Shown here piece after piece: positions 37,850 to 51,900 of a stretch of DNA of 64,000 nt. The notes beneath the pieces are model-generated. The model was not told the origin of the DNA. It was given only the letters and a program-made list of their open reading frames with translations, and did no database searches. A program made the translations under genes and the position numbers. Source of the stretch: Thalia democratica (lineage: Eukaryota). Position 1 is the first letter of the stretch. The number at the start of each line of letters is the position of its first letter. The stretch is from contig OZ241830.1 of assembly GCA_965202585.1 (NCBI GenBank), forward strand, positions 68,138,001 to 68,202,000. Direction: 5' to 3'.

Positions 37850-38573
37850 CAGCGATTCTCAACCTGGGGTAATTTTCTTCCTTTTAGGGGGTAAATTTTC
37901 TTTATTATAAGTTAAGTATATTGATGTTTACCAATTGTCATTAAACGTTTATATTTAACTGTAATTTTCTAAATTTTAAGAAACTGTTTAAATTTAATGG
38001 TTTTTTATACTTAATAAGCTTAAAGTTAAAAAAAACAAATCATGTATTTTTTTCCTCAAAACCAACACTACTTTATATATTAGGGATAAGTCTGGTAAAT
38101 ACATTCCAAAAAATGGGAAAATTTGTTAAAAATCTTCTAAAAAGGGGTAAATTTGGTAACAATCTTCCAAAAAGGGGTAAATTTGGTAATAATCATCCAA
38201 AAAGGGGAAAATTTGGTAATAATCTTCCAAAAAGGGGTAAATTTGGTAATAATTATCAAAAAATGGTAAATTTGGTAAAAATTTTCTTAAAAGGGGTAAA
38301 TTTGGTAACAATCTTCCAAAAAGGAGTAAATTTGGTAATAATAATTAAAAAAAGGGAGTAAATTTGGTGATAATCTTCCAAAAAAAGGGGAAAATTTGGT
38401 AATAATCTTCCAAAAAGGGGTAAATTTGGTAATAATCTTCCAAAAAATGGTAAATTTGGTAAAAATTTTCTTAAAAGGGGTAAATTTGGTAACAATCTTC
38501 CAAAAAGGAGTAAAATTGGTAATAATAATTAAAAAAGGGTTAAACACAAAAAAAAAAAGGTTAAGAACCGCTG
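37850..38573. mobile_element. hAT-type MITE carrying an internal minisatellite
   Basis: TIRs CAGCGATTCTCAACCT / AGGTTAAGAACCGCTG (16 bp, 2 mismatches). No matching 8-bp TSD seen. Confidence 0.65.
38113..38540. repeat. 30-bp tandem minisatellite, ~14 copies
   Basis: Consensus AAAAGGGGTAAATTTGGTAATAATCTTCCA. A higher-order block (~185 bp) recurs at ~38250-38360 and ~38440-38540. Confidence 0.95.
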
Positions 38574-39996
38574 TTGTCGTTTCGGTTGAAGTATTTTTTT
38601 AAAGCACATTTAAAACAAGATTTTGTGTTTTCCTGTATGAATTATTTGCCCTATAAATTTTTAATTCTTAAATAGTGTCTGCTAGTTTTCAGATTAAAAA
38701 AAGAAAATTTTTTGAGCGCTTAACGATAATAAAACCGAAACAAGTAACAAAATTAGCATATAAATTGTACTAACTGTCTTGTAAGACATAATTGAAAAAA
38801 CTTATTTTTGTTTAATTTTCAATTTCATTGAATGAACAACGTTTTAGGTAAGAAACAAAAACAAACATTTTATTATGTTTATTCAAAAAAATACTCACCA
38901 GCTGTAACAGAAACAATTAAGCGTTTTCTTTGTTGAAAAAATATTAAAGTTATAATAAAATGCATAGTTACTTAAATATCAATATGTAAAAGCTCAACAT
39001 AGTACAAATTTTCGCATATTAAAACGTATTTCAGAGCAGTACATTCAAATTAAAACTTTAATTGAAAACATTTACATACTTTTTGAAATTCAAGAACACA
39101 ATATTTGGCAGTTTAAAAGAGTGAAACTAAACAGTTACAGCTTTGTCACAAAATTTCCTCGTTTAATTTTTAACAAACTTTTAGTGAGAGTTGACTTAAG
39201 TTCAAACCTAAACTTATTTTTATACATTTCAATAACATGCAATAAAGTAATTAAAAAAAAAGTTTATTAATAAAAATAAAAATGATAGTTTTAATAACTT
39301 TTTTTAAACTTGTACATAAGTTTGATAAACTCAATGGGTAAACTTAGAAAACGTTTTTTAAATTTTTAAATGTTGATAAAAATTTATCATAGAAAAATCA
39401 TAAAAAAAAAGCAAAGTAATATTATAATTATACAAGAGGCAAGAAATGTATTTTATAAAAATAAACTTATTTTTGTCGAATATTGGGCAGAAAAACAGAT
39501 TCGACCTAAAGCCTTGTAAAAAAAACAACAAACACAAAATTACATTTTCTAAAGTTTTCAATTTTCTAAGTTTAACTTTGATCAAAATTAAAATTTAACT
39601 TTATGATCGTATAAATGTTCTTCAAACTAGAAATTTTCAAGTGAATCAATTTAAAGTTACTCGAAACACATTAATTAGTATAAAGAATCATATTTACACT
39701 AGCTTACAAATTTTAGTGTTAAAATTAAAAATTCCAGCCGCTAACATTCAGATAAAATTTTATATTTAGAAATTCAGATCAAGGATCTGAACTCAAAAAC
39801 AGTGATGCAGACAGTGAAAATCGAAAAACTGTTTTAAATTAGTTTTCAATAAAATTGTTAAAACTAAAAACTTTTTGGGTCTAACTAAACTCAAAACTGG
39901 TTTCTAGCCTCCAAGACAAAAAGACTTGAAAAAGTCCCCGAACCTTGCTGAATTCTTATGCGATCAGGTCAAGAACTTCAACAAACATTTTTAGTT

Positions 39997-42900
39997 TCAT
40001 TCAAAAGTTGCATCCGGGTTGACCAGACGAGCGGCGCACGCCTTGAACTTGAGCTCGTTTCTGCCGATGTAGCTCCTCGCGTCCCTGACCAATCCGTCCA
40101 ACTTGGCCGGCTCATAATCGTCTATCATCAGTGGCTCTGTTGGCAATGTTTATCAAAAACCGTGAGATTTCAAATTGGGTAGTTTTGTTTATCAGCAGAT
40201 TTGTTGTTTACATAATCAGACCGAGATTTTTATAGTGTAGTTATAAAAAAAAAATAAACTTCAACAAGCATTTATTTTTAGTTTCATAATCATAAAAAAA
40301 TTTGTTATTTTGATGATTTTAAATAAATAGGCTATTTATGGTTCTATTTGTAAGAACTGTATAATTACTTTTATTTAGTATGAAAATTAAAAACAAAACG
40401 TTTTAAACAAAAGCCTACCATTAATGTAAGGATCGAATCGATAATAAGTTCCTTTTGGTAACAAATCGTATACTAATGAGTGCACACCTGAAAAATACAA
40501 ATTTGATTTAGTTACTACCAGTTATAAGACACCGTGTTTATCAATAAAAACTAAATAGATTTCTTTAAACAACTTTCAACATATTTTTTTTATTGAAATG
40601 AAATATTTTTCTGTGTGTTAACAAGTTAACACATTAATCGAAGCTCTGTAAAAAAATAATACTGCAAGAAAAGAATAGAAGCTAAAAGTAGGTGAGTATG
40701 TGTATTAACTAAAGACAAGCATAATTACTTTAGATGGTTCTACTACAATTAGCTACTATTCTTTTTTTTCAGTTTTTATTTTTTTACAGAGCTACGTTGA
40801 TGTAGAACACAAACTTCATATTTCAATAACATGTTTCAGTTCAATGATAAAAAGGACTGTGAAATTTGTTTTTATTATACATTCCTTGCTTCGCTAGGAT
40901 CTTAACTAACAAACGATGAGCTCTAATTTTTAAATATCTATATAGGATTTAACACCTTTTACTTTAAGCTTGTAGAAAAAAGCCTAATTTCATGGTGGAC
41001 ATAAATTCATACATTAACTAAAGTTTTCGTTTTTTTAAATTATTTTAAAAACTACAAATAAAGAAAACTTTATACTCAGTGTAATACAGAATACCGAGAA
41101 AAAGCGTCATTTAATTGTGGATCATGTGTAATTATGAGGTGGTTCTAAAAACTTAAAAAAATTAAAACTAGTAGAGTAATTTGAAGGATACCAATAAACA
41201 CATAAAACATTTATTTATAAAACCACTTAAGACCATAGTTTTTTTTTACAACAAAACAAAGTTATAAAAAATTTTTTGTACAAAAAAACTGCAAACCAGT
41301 GACATTAATGGTAAGTTCTTTAAAGTTATAAAGTGAATGTTTATAAACACGATTTGATTGTAACAGCTAGCATCTTTGACTAACTGCTAAACTAAAAGAA
41401 ACACCTAATTTCATTAAAACCTTTTTATTAACACAATGAGAACAAAAACAAAATGCTAAAGTATCTCGATGGCCGCATATACAGGCTTTGAGGGCCGCAT
41501 TTCGCCGACCTCTTTCCTAAACACTTAATCAAATAAAAACAGCACAATGTTGTGAATGATACCAGTAAACACATTTAGAATGTTTTACAAGTGCATTTAA
41601 GACAGCATTTTTTTCTTGAAACCATGAAAAAAAAAAATATTTCAGCATAAAAAACAAACCGGTGACGTTGGTGGCACCGTCCACCACCTTCATGAACTTC
41701 TCCCTCAACCCCAACTTGTTTCCGCTGGTGGGCCCCACCGAGGGCTCGTACCTGCCCGAACCGACGGAAACGACGCACTGCAGGGGAATTCCCCGCCACA
41801 GCACGTTGCACTCGTTGATGGCGATCCCCGTCGGGTTGTTGCTGAACATGGCGCCGTCCTGCGGATAAATATTTAAAAATTATATTTTTTCTTTTATAAG
41901 GGTCAAGAAAGATTTTAACAAATAATTTCGGTATGTTTTTTTTAGCTGTCATCGCATTGTTTTGTGAATGCATAGATTGAAATGAAGTACTTTAGTTTGT
42001 AATTAGAATATAATTAATTAAAATTTACGTTGTCAGATTATTTACTTGATAGAGAAAAGTGTTAATAAACGATTTTGTAGAATATTTTTTCAATAGCTTA
42101 TGTTATATAATGTTTAAATATAAACTAGTTGCTGAACATAGCCCCTGTGAGTGGGTAGGCGGAAATTAAAAAAAAACATTTTGTAAATAAATAGTAGTTA
42201 TTGCATACCAATGCTTCCAAAACGTATTTTCATAAATTCCCTCTCGGCAGCAGTTAAAAAAAAACTATTGCCCCATTTTTAGATATTGCCTCTTTACTAA
42301 TTAACAACAAATTTACATTTTTGCCGCCTTACTCATAAACACCCCGATACCCAAAATCACCCATAAAGACAATATTGTCCACATTCGGAAGTTCTGCTTT
42401 ATATTATATTTTCACTCTATTATAAAATAAAAATGCCGTGAAAACTTTTTATTTTATTCTAAATTTTATTTAGGTTTTCTATCGTGTTTTTGTAGCAAAA
42501 GAACAATTCTTTTGCTAGATCCATTATTTTTCTTGACCTATTTGAATTGGTTCCGTCCATACTTATCTGGACTAGTTTAAGTTAATCCAGGGGTTCTACA
42601 GCTGAAATAAGGTTTTCTTTGAGGTTCTTAGCGAAGGTGTGACCAAAAATTTTCGAAGTTAAGTATTGTGAAACCACTCGATTATTATTGCACTTGTACT
42701 GAACAACAATATCTATTTGGGCTTTATATAATGATGTCATTGCAGCTTCCTTCAAAAGATAATCTGCACCATCTTGATTTGTTTACTGCTTTAAGAAATG
42801 TGTTTAAGAAATGTGAACCGAGGCCAAAATTTACCAAGTGTGATAGCTTTGTTTGGGACATGTGGCATGTCTGTACTGACATGATCCATCTTTTTGTTGA

Positions 42901-45900
42901 GCTCTGCCGCTTTTTCACACGAACCGGCTGAGTAATTGTGCTTGACAGCGTGTGGAGCCCATAAGATTTTATCAGTTGCTGTTTGTGACAACCTATTGAT
43001 GGGCTCACACTGCTATCACTGCTCTCACAGCTTGCTAGTCTGCCGCTGCTCTCACCACACAGTAGCTTAACCCAGCACTGTAGAAGTATGAATGAATTTA
43101 GTTGGCCTTTTATTTCTACGTTCATATTCAGTCGTGTGGACAGTGAGCACCTGGATGAACAGTGAAAAGTACAGGAACACTAGGTTGCTTATAAATACAC
43201 CTTTGAGTTTTCAGTTAGAATTTCTTTTAAGTTTGGCAGGTACCACAAAAACAACCTGTAAAATTTCTAAATGATTTAAATAAACTTTCACCTTGTCGGA
43301 ATTCGATTTTCTGAAAACCACCTCAATGAAAATTTTATGAGACCCACAAAACGCAACCTTGGAGTTTTCAGCTCGTATATTTTTTACATGTGGCAGTTAT
43401 CATAAAAACACATTGTGCACAATTTAAGACAAACAGAAAGTTTTATGGGGTCAATCTTTGATAAGCATCACTTGCATTTAAAATTATTTCTATCATCTTC
43501 TTTAATGAAAGATTTAGAATAATATTTTTAAGTTAGTTGAATATTTTTTAAATACGTTGATTTTGGCTTTAAAATAATTAAAATATCATATATGTTTAAT
43601 AAATTTACCAATGTATTAGAAACGGACCTGGAAATAAAACAACAATGATTAGTTAGAGTGTGTAAACCTATACATAAAGTATTAGTTTTCTGTACAAGTA
43701 ATTCTAACTAAATACTCGAAACAGAAATAAAGTCACTCTTTTCCACATAGTAAAAACACACGTGAAATCTTAATAAAAAAATTTATTCTAAAAGTTTAAT
43801 TAGACCCTTAAAAAAATGAATTGCAAAAGAAAAACCGTTTATAAAATAAAATTAGAAAAATGCAGTTTTTAGTGATGATAAACTTCCTTTAAAACGAATG
43901 TTTATATCAAGTTTTCTGACTTTTCCTGAATTTTTTTAAAACCCCATTTGCTCCTGACTTTTGTCTTTTTTGTTTTTCCTGACTTTGTGGCAATCCTGTA
44001 CAGTTTATGAATAAAATTTTTGTAAAATTAAGTTATTACGTGAATTAAACACAGTATATGTTTCTGATGGTCAGTTTCTATTTTCAAAGTGACACAAAAC
44101 GTGCATTTAAACTCAACTAATACTTTTATATAAAAACAAAACATTCAAAACGAACCTGGTGGACGTTTCCCTTCCTGTGAAACTCTTCGAAGTAGCCGGG
44201 TGCGGCGGAGGACGCCCTGGCCGCCTCCCACAGCTGAGCCCTGCAGGTGCCCGGCCAGTGGGAGGTGCGCGTGCCAGGTATCACGCTGTTGCATGAAAAT
44301 TATCATAATTAGGCTAGTAGTTTAAGTTTTAGGTGCTTGAATGGGTGTTAGTGTTTTAAAAAGTCGTTACAAAATTGTTAAAGATTATCTTACTATTATC
44401 AGTAAAAACTATTGTGAGGTATCACGCTCTTGTAATGGTGGTTAGTAAATTGCTGGTATGCTTATGGTGGTGTTTTTGCAATGTGTTTTCAGTTGTAAAA
44501 AAATAAACCTAGTTTAAATAGTTATAAGGTTAGTAATTTACTTGATCAAAATGTTAAACTTTAAATTATAAATTACTTAAAACTTAAAATTTGCTTCGGA
44601 ATGGCACTAGTAAATTAAAAAGAGACTACCAAATTGAATTACACAATTTATGTTCAAGTTTGAGTAAGTTTATTTTACATCAGCGATTAAAACGTTTGGT
44701 CATAAATTAGGACATCTGCTGTTACTGTATCTTCAAAAAATATATACACTGACTTATCAAACAATAAACGTAAAATTATGTAATTTAATATCAACCAAGT
44801 TTACTTTGCACGCAAAATAGTCAATAAACTAACAAACTATTTAATTAGTAATGACATTAAACCTTGTGGCTCAAAACAAACCACAATTTGAGGTTGTTTA
44901 GTTTTATTGACTCACAAATGTTGAAGAGGGCAAATAAGTTACATCATTGTGAACACGTGATCGAAATAAACTCAAACAACATTAAAATTAAAAGCAATAT
45001 TTCTTAAACTAAATTAAATTATATTTAGTTATGACTTACATTATGAAACTAAGCACGAGTATAAACTTAAAAATAAAAAACCTTTTAATTTTAATTCAAC
45101 TATATTAGGATAAATCTTAACTAGAAAAAATAAAACATATCTCAAATACATGATTTATTAAAAACCTTGAACTACTCAACTAAAAACTGTTTTTGTTTTT
45201 AAGGAGTCCAAAACCAGATAGTTTGCATGAAGTACTTTTTTCTTAAACAACAGCTGTATATAGTTATTACAAAATGTAAACTTATAAAAACAGCCAAACA
45301 TTTTAACCAAAAATTTAATAGTGTAATATAACCCTAAGAAATACCTAATGACAACTACTATTTGAAATAATTTCTCTTAGATTCATAAGTGTGATCAAAG
45401 GAAAACCAAAAGTACAGTCGAATGAGTTCAGAAGTCTGTTTCAATCAAAAAAGAACCGCAAGAAATTAGGGATGTTGTCATATGGTTTATTTTAACTTGA
45501 GGTAAACTCAATATAATGTTTATGTCATTTGAGTGCATTTGGGCCGCAAAACAGTTGGTTAGAAACTTTGTGGGTTTTCAAAACAATTAAGCTGATTCAA
45601 AATGGTAATGCTAGTACTAAAAATGCGCGGTTTAAAAAACTCAATTGAACTTACAGACTTATAGATGTAAATTGAGTTCATTAAATCTGACAAAAATACT
45701 TTTGCTGTAATCCCAATAGCAAACATAGCTAAACTTAGAAAATTTAATCTTACCTTAACTTCGTACAGTCTTTTAAGTTTAATTTAAGCTGCCTAAAAAA
45801 AAATATTTACTACAATGTAGTTGTAACAGTTATAGTTTGGTGTGATGAAAATGAACTTTGTTTTCTGATTAATAACTTAAAACAATAAGAATATTAGATT

Positions 45901-48900
45901 AATTTTAATAAACACATTTAAGAAAAAAAAAAAAGTTTATAACTTTAAAAAAAAGCACAATAAAAGATATTATCAGTGTAACAATAGTTTTATATTAAAT
46001 CAAATAAAAGTAAATGCGGATATTAACACAAAAAACAATCTATTTTAAATAATTTAGTTTATGTTAAATTGTTGGAAAATGACATTATTTAAGTGTATAT
46101 TTGCTATCTAAAGTACTGTTTAAGTAGGTATGCACTTCAAAAAAAAGTTTAATATAATAAACAAAAAATAAATAACATTGAAGAAAAAGTAAGGCAGTGA
46201 TGAAAATATCAAAACTCTCAAAATGGATCGCAGATTTTATACTGAGAAATATAATTTGTATAGACAAATGTTATCTAATACGAATTAATCAATAACTTTT
46301 ATATCGACCAGTCTATAGTAAGTATAAAAACTATTTACATATCATAACACTGTTTGAATTTTGATTTTTTTGCATCAACCTTTTTTTGCCCACAAATGAC
46401 GTTCTACACAAAATATTTAAAGTATTAATTCAATTTAATTAAATAACTGAAGTGATGAGTGTTTTAGCTTAATGATAACAACTAATTAATGATTTAAATA
46501 AGCTTTTACTGTTCAACACAGTTCACAGAAAATAGGATTGAACTGAACACAAATTCAAAGTGATCTTACTAACATTCAATTAAGCTTTGACCACTTTTGT
46601 TAGGAAATAGTTATCTATGCAGTAAAGAAACATTATAAACATTACTTTTTGACGGTTGGAGATAGAAAACAAAAATTTCTTTTAGAACAAAAAAGAGTTT
46701 TTTTTGTTTTAACAGAAGTTTACATAAAGGCAAAACAATATATATATATATATTTATATATTATATATTTTGCCTATATATAATATATGTATACAAAGCA
46801 AAAAGTTTGGTAAAATTCTATTTGTAAGTTTTCAAAATACTTTTGTTTTTGGAAACTATATGTACAAACTAAAGGTTTTTAGTTACTTCTTCAAAGCTAA
46901 AATAACTATTTTGTGAGTTCTGAAAAAAAGTTTTATTAATATATATTTAAATTGCATGTTAAAACCTACTAAAAGTATTTGAATAAACATTTTTATTGTT
47001 TGTATGGAAGTACAGTTATGAAATCAATACTATACATAGATACACTTAATTCAGCTGCTTAAGATGTGATATTCAAAATTTTAAGAAAAATTAAGTTTCA
47101 AAAAACATAAATATAACAAAACAAAATCATTAGCAAAAAAAATTCCTATATATACGATTTTAATTATAAGCGATTATTTGTTTAACGTAAACAAAATACT
47201 TACTTAGTTGTTTTGCAAAAAAATATTTAATACACTTGAGAAGCTTTTTTAAATATCATGTAAAGTAGCAATTAAAATTATAATTCAGAATGCTTTGTCA
47301 TTGATATATTTTAGGTGTTGTTTGCTAAGTTAAGCATGTATATAGGGTTAAAAGTTTAAATAAATATCATTTAAAATTCATAATCAAAAACAAACTCCAA
47401 CACAATTTTAATCTTTCATTCGAAATTCAATTGAATTTTTCTTTTTAATAACTCAATTTTTTAAGGTATATATTTTTAATAATTTTAATTTTAGTCAGAT
47501 GAAGGTAGCTATAATTTCAATGTTTTTTTTTAATGATAAACTATCAGCATTGTGAAAAAATAAAAAAGTAAATAGTTATGAGAAAGTATTCGTAGAAATT
47601 TATTAAAAGTAGTAAAGTCTTAAAAGATCAATTATAACTTCGACTTGGATAAAATGTTGAAAAATCAAACTTTGACAATTTACAACACAACAAATAATTC
47701 ATTTAATCAAAATTTAGTTCATCTTACTACAAGTCATGATCAACTGCAGCAGTTCTTAACTTTACATGACGCACTTTACAGATTAGCGACTTAAAACCTT
47801 GTTTTAAACACCTAAAATTATATAGTAATTGAAGTGTTTAACTTACTTATCAACTAACTAAACGACCGCCGACTAGTTTCACTGTTACATAACTGAATTA
47901 CTATTTACTAAGCTGAATATTTGAACAGGTTATGTAACGAATGTTATAACTAGCTTTTTGTATAACTTCAAATTACAGTGTGGTGAGTAAATAATGTTTT
48001 AGTTTAATTAATCATATAGCAAAAAAAAAGTTTACTGTATGACGTAACACATAGCGTATATTACGTCTTATAAAGTAAACAAAATAGTTACTAAAGCTTT
48101 TTGATAGATTTTCTAAATATCTTTTTTAACTTTAAGTTAGGCTTCAACTATTTTAGCAAACTAAAAAAATAAAAATAAAAGTATACCCAGCTATAATAAA
48201 TAGTTTATAATGTTTTAGTTTAATTAATCATATAGCAGAAAAAAGTTACGCTTTACTTTATGACGTAACACATAGCGTATATTACGTCTTATAAAGTAAA
48301 CAAAATAGTTACTAAGGCTTTTTGATAGATTTTAAAATATTTTTTTTTAACTTTAAGTTATGCTTTAACTATTTTAGTAAACTAAAAAATAAATAAAGAA
48401 GTATTACCAACTATAAAAATACTAAATAGTTAATCAAAAAATACTTAATATCATGCTAAATTAGCCTAATACACTAAATCATATGGTAGATTAACAAAAT
48501 CTGTGTATAAATGTTTCTAATTAAATTCTAAAATCAATTGGTAACAAATAGATAAAAACCTGTAATTTCTCCAAATGTAAGGTTTGGCATTAATTCTGTT
48601 CACAAGAGCCGAAACAGCGCAGCATTTTGGAGTGTTTTCGTAAGTTGCTGTTTCTATTAGAAGCTCTTCACCTGTTGATACGAAATTTATGTTAAACAAA
48701 AATAAATACTTTGAATTTTTCAAATAGAGTTAATGGAATATAATCTAAGCTTACAGCAAACTAACTTTAGCTAAAATGCTAATTCACAAATCTTAAGATT
48801 TTTTATTAATCTATCTTAAGAAAAAAGTTATCATGAAACGCATGGTTTATAAATGTTTGGCATGCTAAAAATGTTTTGTTTAAATACTTAATATATTTAA

Positions 48901-51900
48901 AATTTCAAACAAACAGTTTCATACTTACTGTGTTTTGAGTATCAAAACAGTCATCTAATACAAAAAGTACAAGAAGATATTTACTAGTACATCATATTTT
49001 TAAATTGAAGTTTTCTATACAAAGAGCAAAACATTTAAATTATACTGTTTTTGATGAAGAAAGCTTGTTCGTAAAAAACAAAGCTAACGAATAAATAGTT
49101 ATGTGAAATTATTTTGGTAAAGATATAGACGTGTTAATAACAAACAAAAAAATTAAAATTACAAATTTAGAATAAAACAGCAACTTAATTAAGTTACTTT
49201 AAATAAAATCAAGTTTTAACACAAGTTTTTTTGTTCACAGAAGAAAAATAAACAACCAAAACATTCAATTCTCGCAACAAACAGCCAAACATTTGGACTT
49301 GAACTTGACAAACACGAAAAAGCAATCAAACAAAAAGAGCAGACAATCCAAGTACTGTTGGCTTTACAACCGCAAATTCCATTCACACGAGCACCACATG
49401 CTGAACAAATACTCAGCTCTCATTGGCTGACGAGCACATGCTATTCAATACTCGTATTTGATTGGTTGATACATTGTAAAGCACTTTAGCTGTTCAAACA
49501 CACTGGTTTTATTTTTGCGGGTTTCCATAAAGATCTCGTGTGGTTTATGGATTTAAACGGGTTCAATTAAGTTTGGTTTGTGTATGAAAAAATATTCATT
49601 TTATAGAGTACAAAATAAATATAAACTATTTTTAACGACTGACATAAATTTTTCTTGGTAATATTTGTTTTTATAAACTCGTAGTAACTTAAGATATTCA
49701 CTCTTGTATGTTTATATAAAGGACTACTTCATTTTAGTGAATTTTAAATAAAATGCATATAAGTTAGTTTTAAACGTGACCCCAAAAAGGTTTATTATTA
49801 ATTAATTAGTTATCTATTAGCTAATTTGAATTGATTTTTTACAGTTTTAAAGAATTTGTAGCATCAATGGATTTCCATCAATTAATCAAATTCAATCAAA
49901 ACATTGTAAACAGAAAACATAAATATTTTCATAAATTTTGTTTCTATATTAACTTGAACAAAAATATTGGTTTTATTTTAAAACACAATATTATTTAGTA
50001 ATGCTTTTCAATTCATGGCTTAAAACACACTTAAATACGATTTTTTTAAGTACCTTGATATTTTATCTTGCATTGTTTTTAAAATTCACAGTATTTAGAC
50101 GTATTAAAGTTAAAAAATACTTACAATATATTTTAAACATCACCTTTATTTTCGAGCACATACTTTAAAACAAATCAAGTTTGGTTTCTTTGAGCTGTAC
50201 ATTCAATGTTAAGTGTTTTTCAAACCTTTTAATTCCATAATTAAACTTTAAGAATTTTCAATCGAACAAAAAAAAAATATTTGGCTTTGTTTTAAATTAA
50301 TAATGTACATAATTATTTTTAAAACTTTAATATAAACACATTTTTTACTTAGTATAAATTCTACTGCTTTTATAACATTTTAAACTTATAATGGATGTAA
50401 TTTTAATTTCGAACTAGATCAATAAAAACAATTGAATATTTTACTTCAAGTGTTTTTTTTTTATAAATGTAAAACTTAAAAACACTTCAAAGGAAAATAA
50501 ATTGGAAAGTATCAACAAGACGTGGGTAGATTCAAAAATTTTTTTCATATTATATACGACTGTGTGAAATAGTGAAATTCGCTAACACGTTCAAGTTTTA
50601 AACTAGTTAAAATTTTATGTTTATATTCGAAATTTTTTATATTAGGTGCGTTTAATTTGTAATACATAATACTTTTTAAATACGTTAATCAGTTATTTAC
50701 AAAAAAATAAAATAAAAGGTACTTTAAAATAAACATATATAAAAGGGAGACAGATCTGAAATAATAACATTAAAAACATAAGTTAAAGTATGCATATAAA
50801 AAAAACAATAAAATATTGAAGCATAATAGAAAACTAATTTTCTCATACATGATTACTAATTTTAAAGAAACTTAAAAATGTAGCCAAAAAAATGCTGTTG
50901 CAATTTAAAAAATAAATTTTCAATTCTTTTAAACGTGATAGTTAGTACTTCGTATAAACTAAGTTGATATAAGGAGAAAAATACTTTATTAAACTAGTAC
51001 GAAGTAAATCAAGCTTCGAATTAAATGTAATAGTAATAAATTGGAAAAATTGCCTTTGGAAATATAAAGTAACAAAAGTACCAATTAAGGGCATAAGGAA
51101 GCGTTGAATCACTTTTATCACAGTCTGATCTTAGTTTGTTGAGTTTTAAATAAGCTACTTATTACTTTTTATACTTTTTTAAAAAGTACATTTATTTTTT
51201 TAGATATAGCCGGTCGATAGTACAATAGGTTCCTAATTGTAGGCACTAACTAAAAAGGCAAATAGCTAGAAATCACTAAAAATCTACCTTCTCCTACGTA
51301 TGTTGAGATAATTAGCTCTAACTTTCGGTAAATGTTCCTTGCAATATCTTGAAAAATATGTAGTCACAAAAAAAATAAAAAATAATAATTAGATTTTCGT
51401 GACAAAAAAATTGTTTTTTGGCTTAATTTTAACTATAAAATTCTTTTATTTTTCAAGTTTTGTAACTACAAAATTTTCAACATATTGCAAGGAACATTTC
51501 CTAAAAGTTAGAGCTGATTATATCAAAATATGTAGAAGAAGGTAGATTTTTAGTGATTTCTAGCTATTTGCCTTTTTAGTTAGTGCCTACAATTAGGAAC
51601 CTAATGTACTCTCGACCGGCTATATCTAAAAAAATAATTGGAGTTTTTAAAATCTATAAAAAGCAACTTAAAGCTTAGTTAACACTCAACAAAATAAGAT
51701 CAGTTTGTTAAAAAAATGATTGAAGTGCCTTTAAATAATTAATCTACTAAATTTTTTTATTGACAACATAAAACTTTACAATCGCTAATAATTCTAAAAA
51801 TTTATATCAAGCATTTTAAACAAATGTGTGATATCATATAATCAATTCAAACATACCGAATACTTGCTTGAGTATCTTGTTGTAGTTATCAGTGTTGTAG

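Noticed and set aside
38113-38602. CRISPR-like array, or repetitive proteins (KRGKFGNNLP etc.) from six overlapping ORFs
   Set aside because: The units are contiguous with no unique spacers, the context is eukaryotic and there are no cas genes. The ORFs are a by-product of a 30-bp period.
38880-38912. Minus-strand TACAG-CTG-GTGAGT as a 3-nt micro-exon
   Set aside because: It lies beyond the PNPLA8 stop, with no gene model needing it; probably chance.
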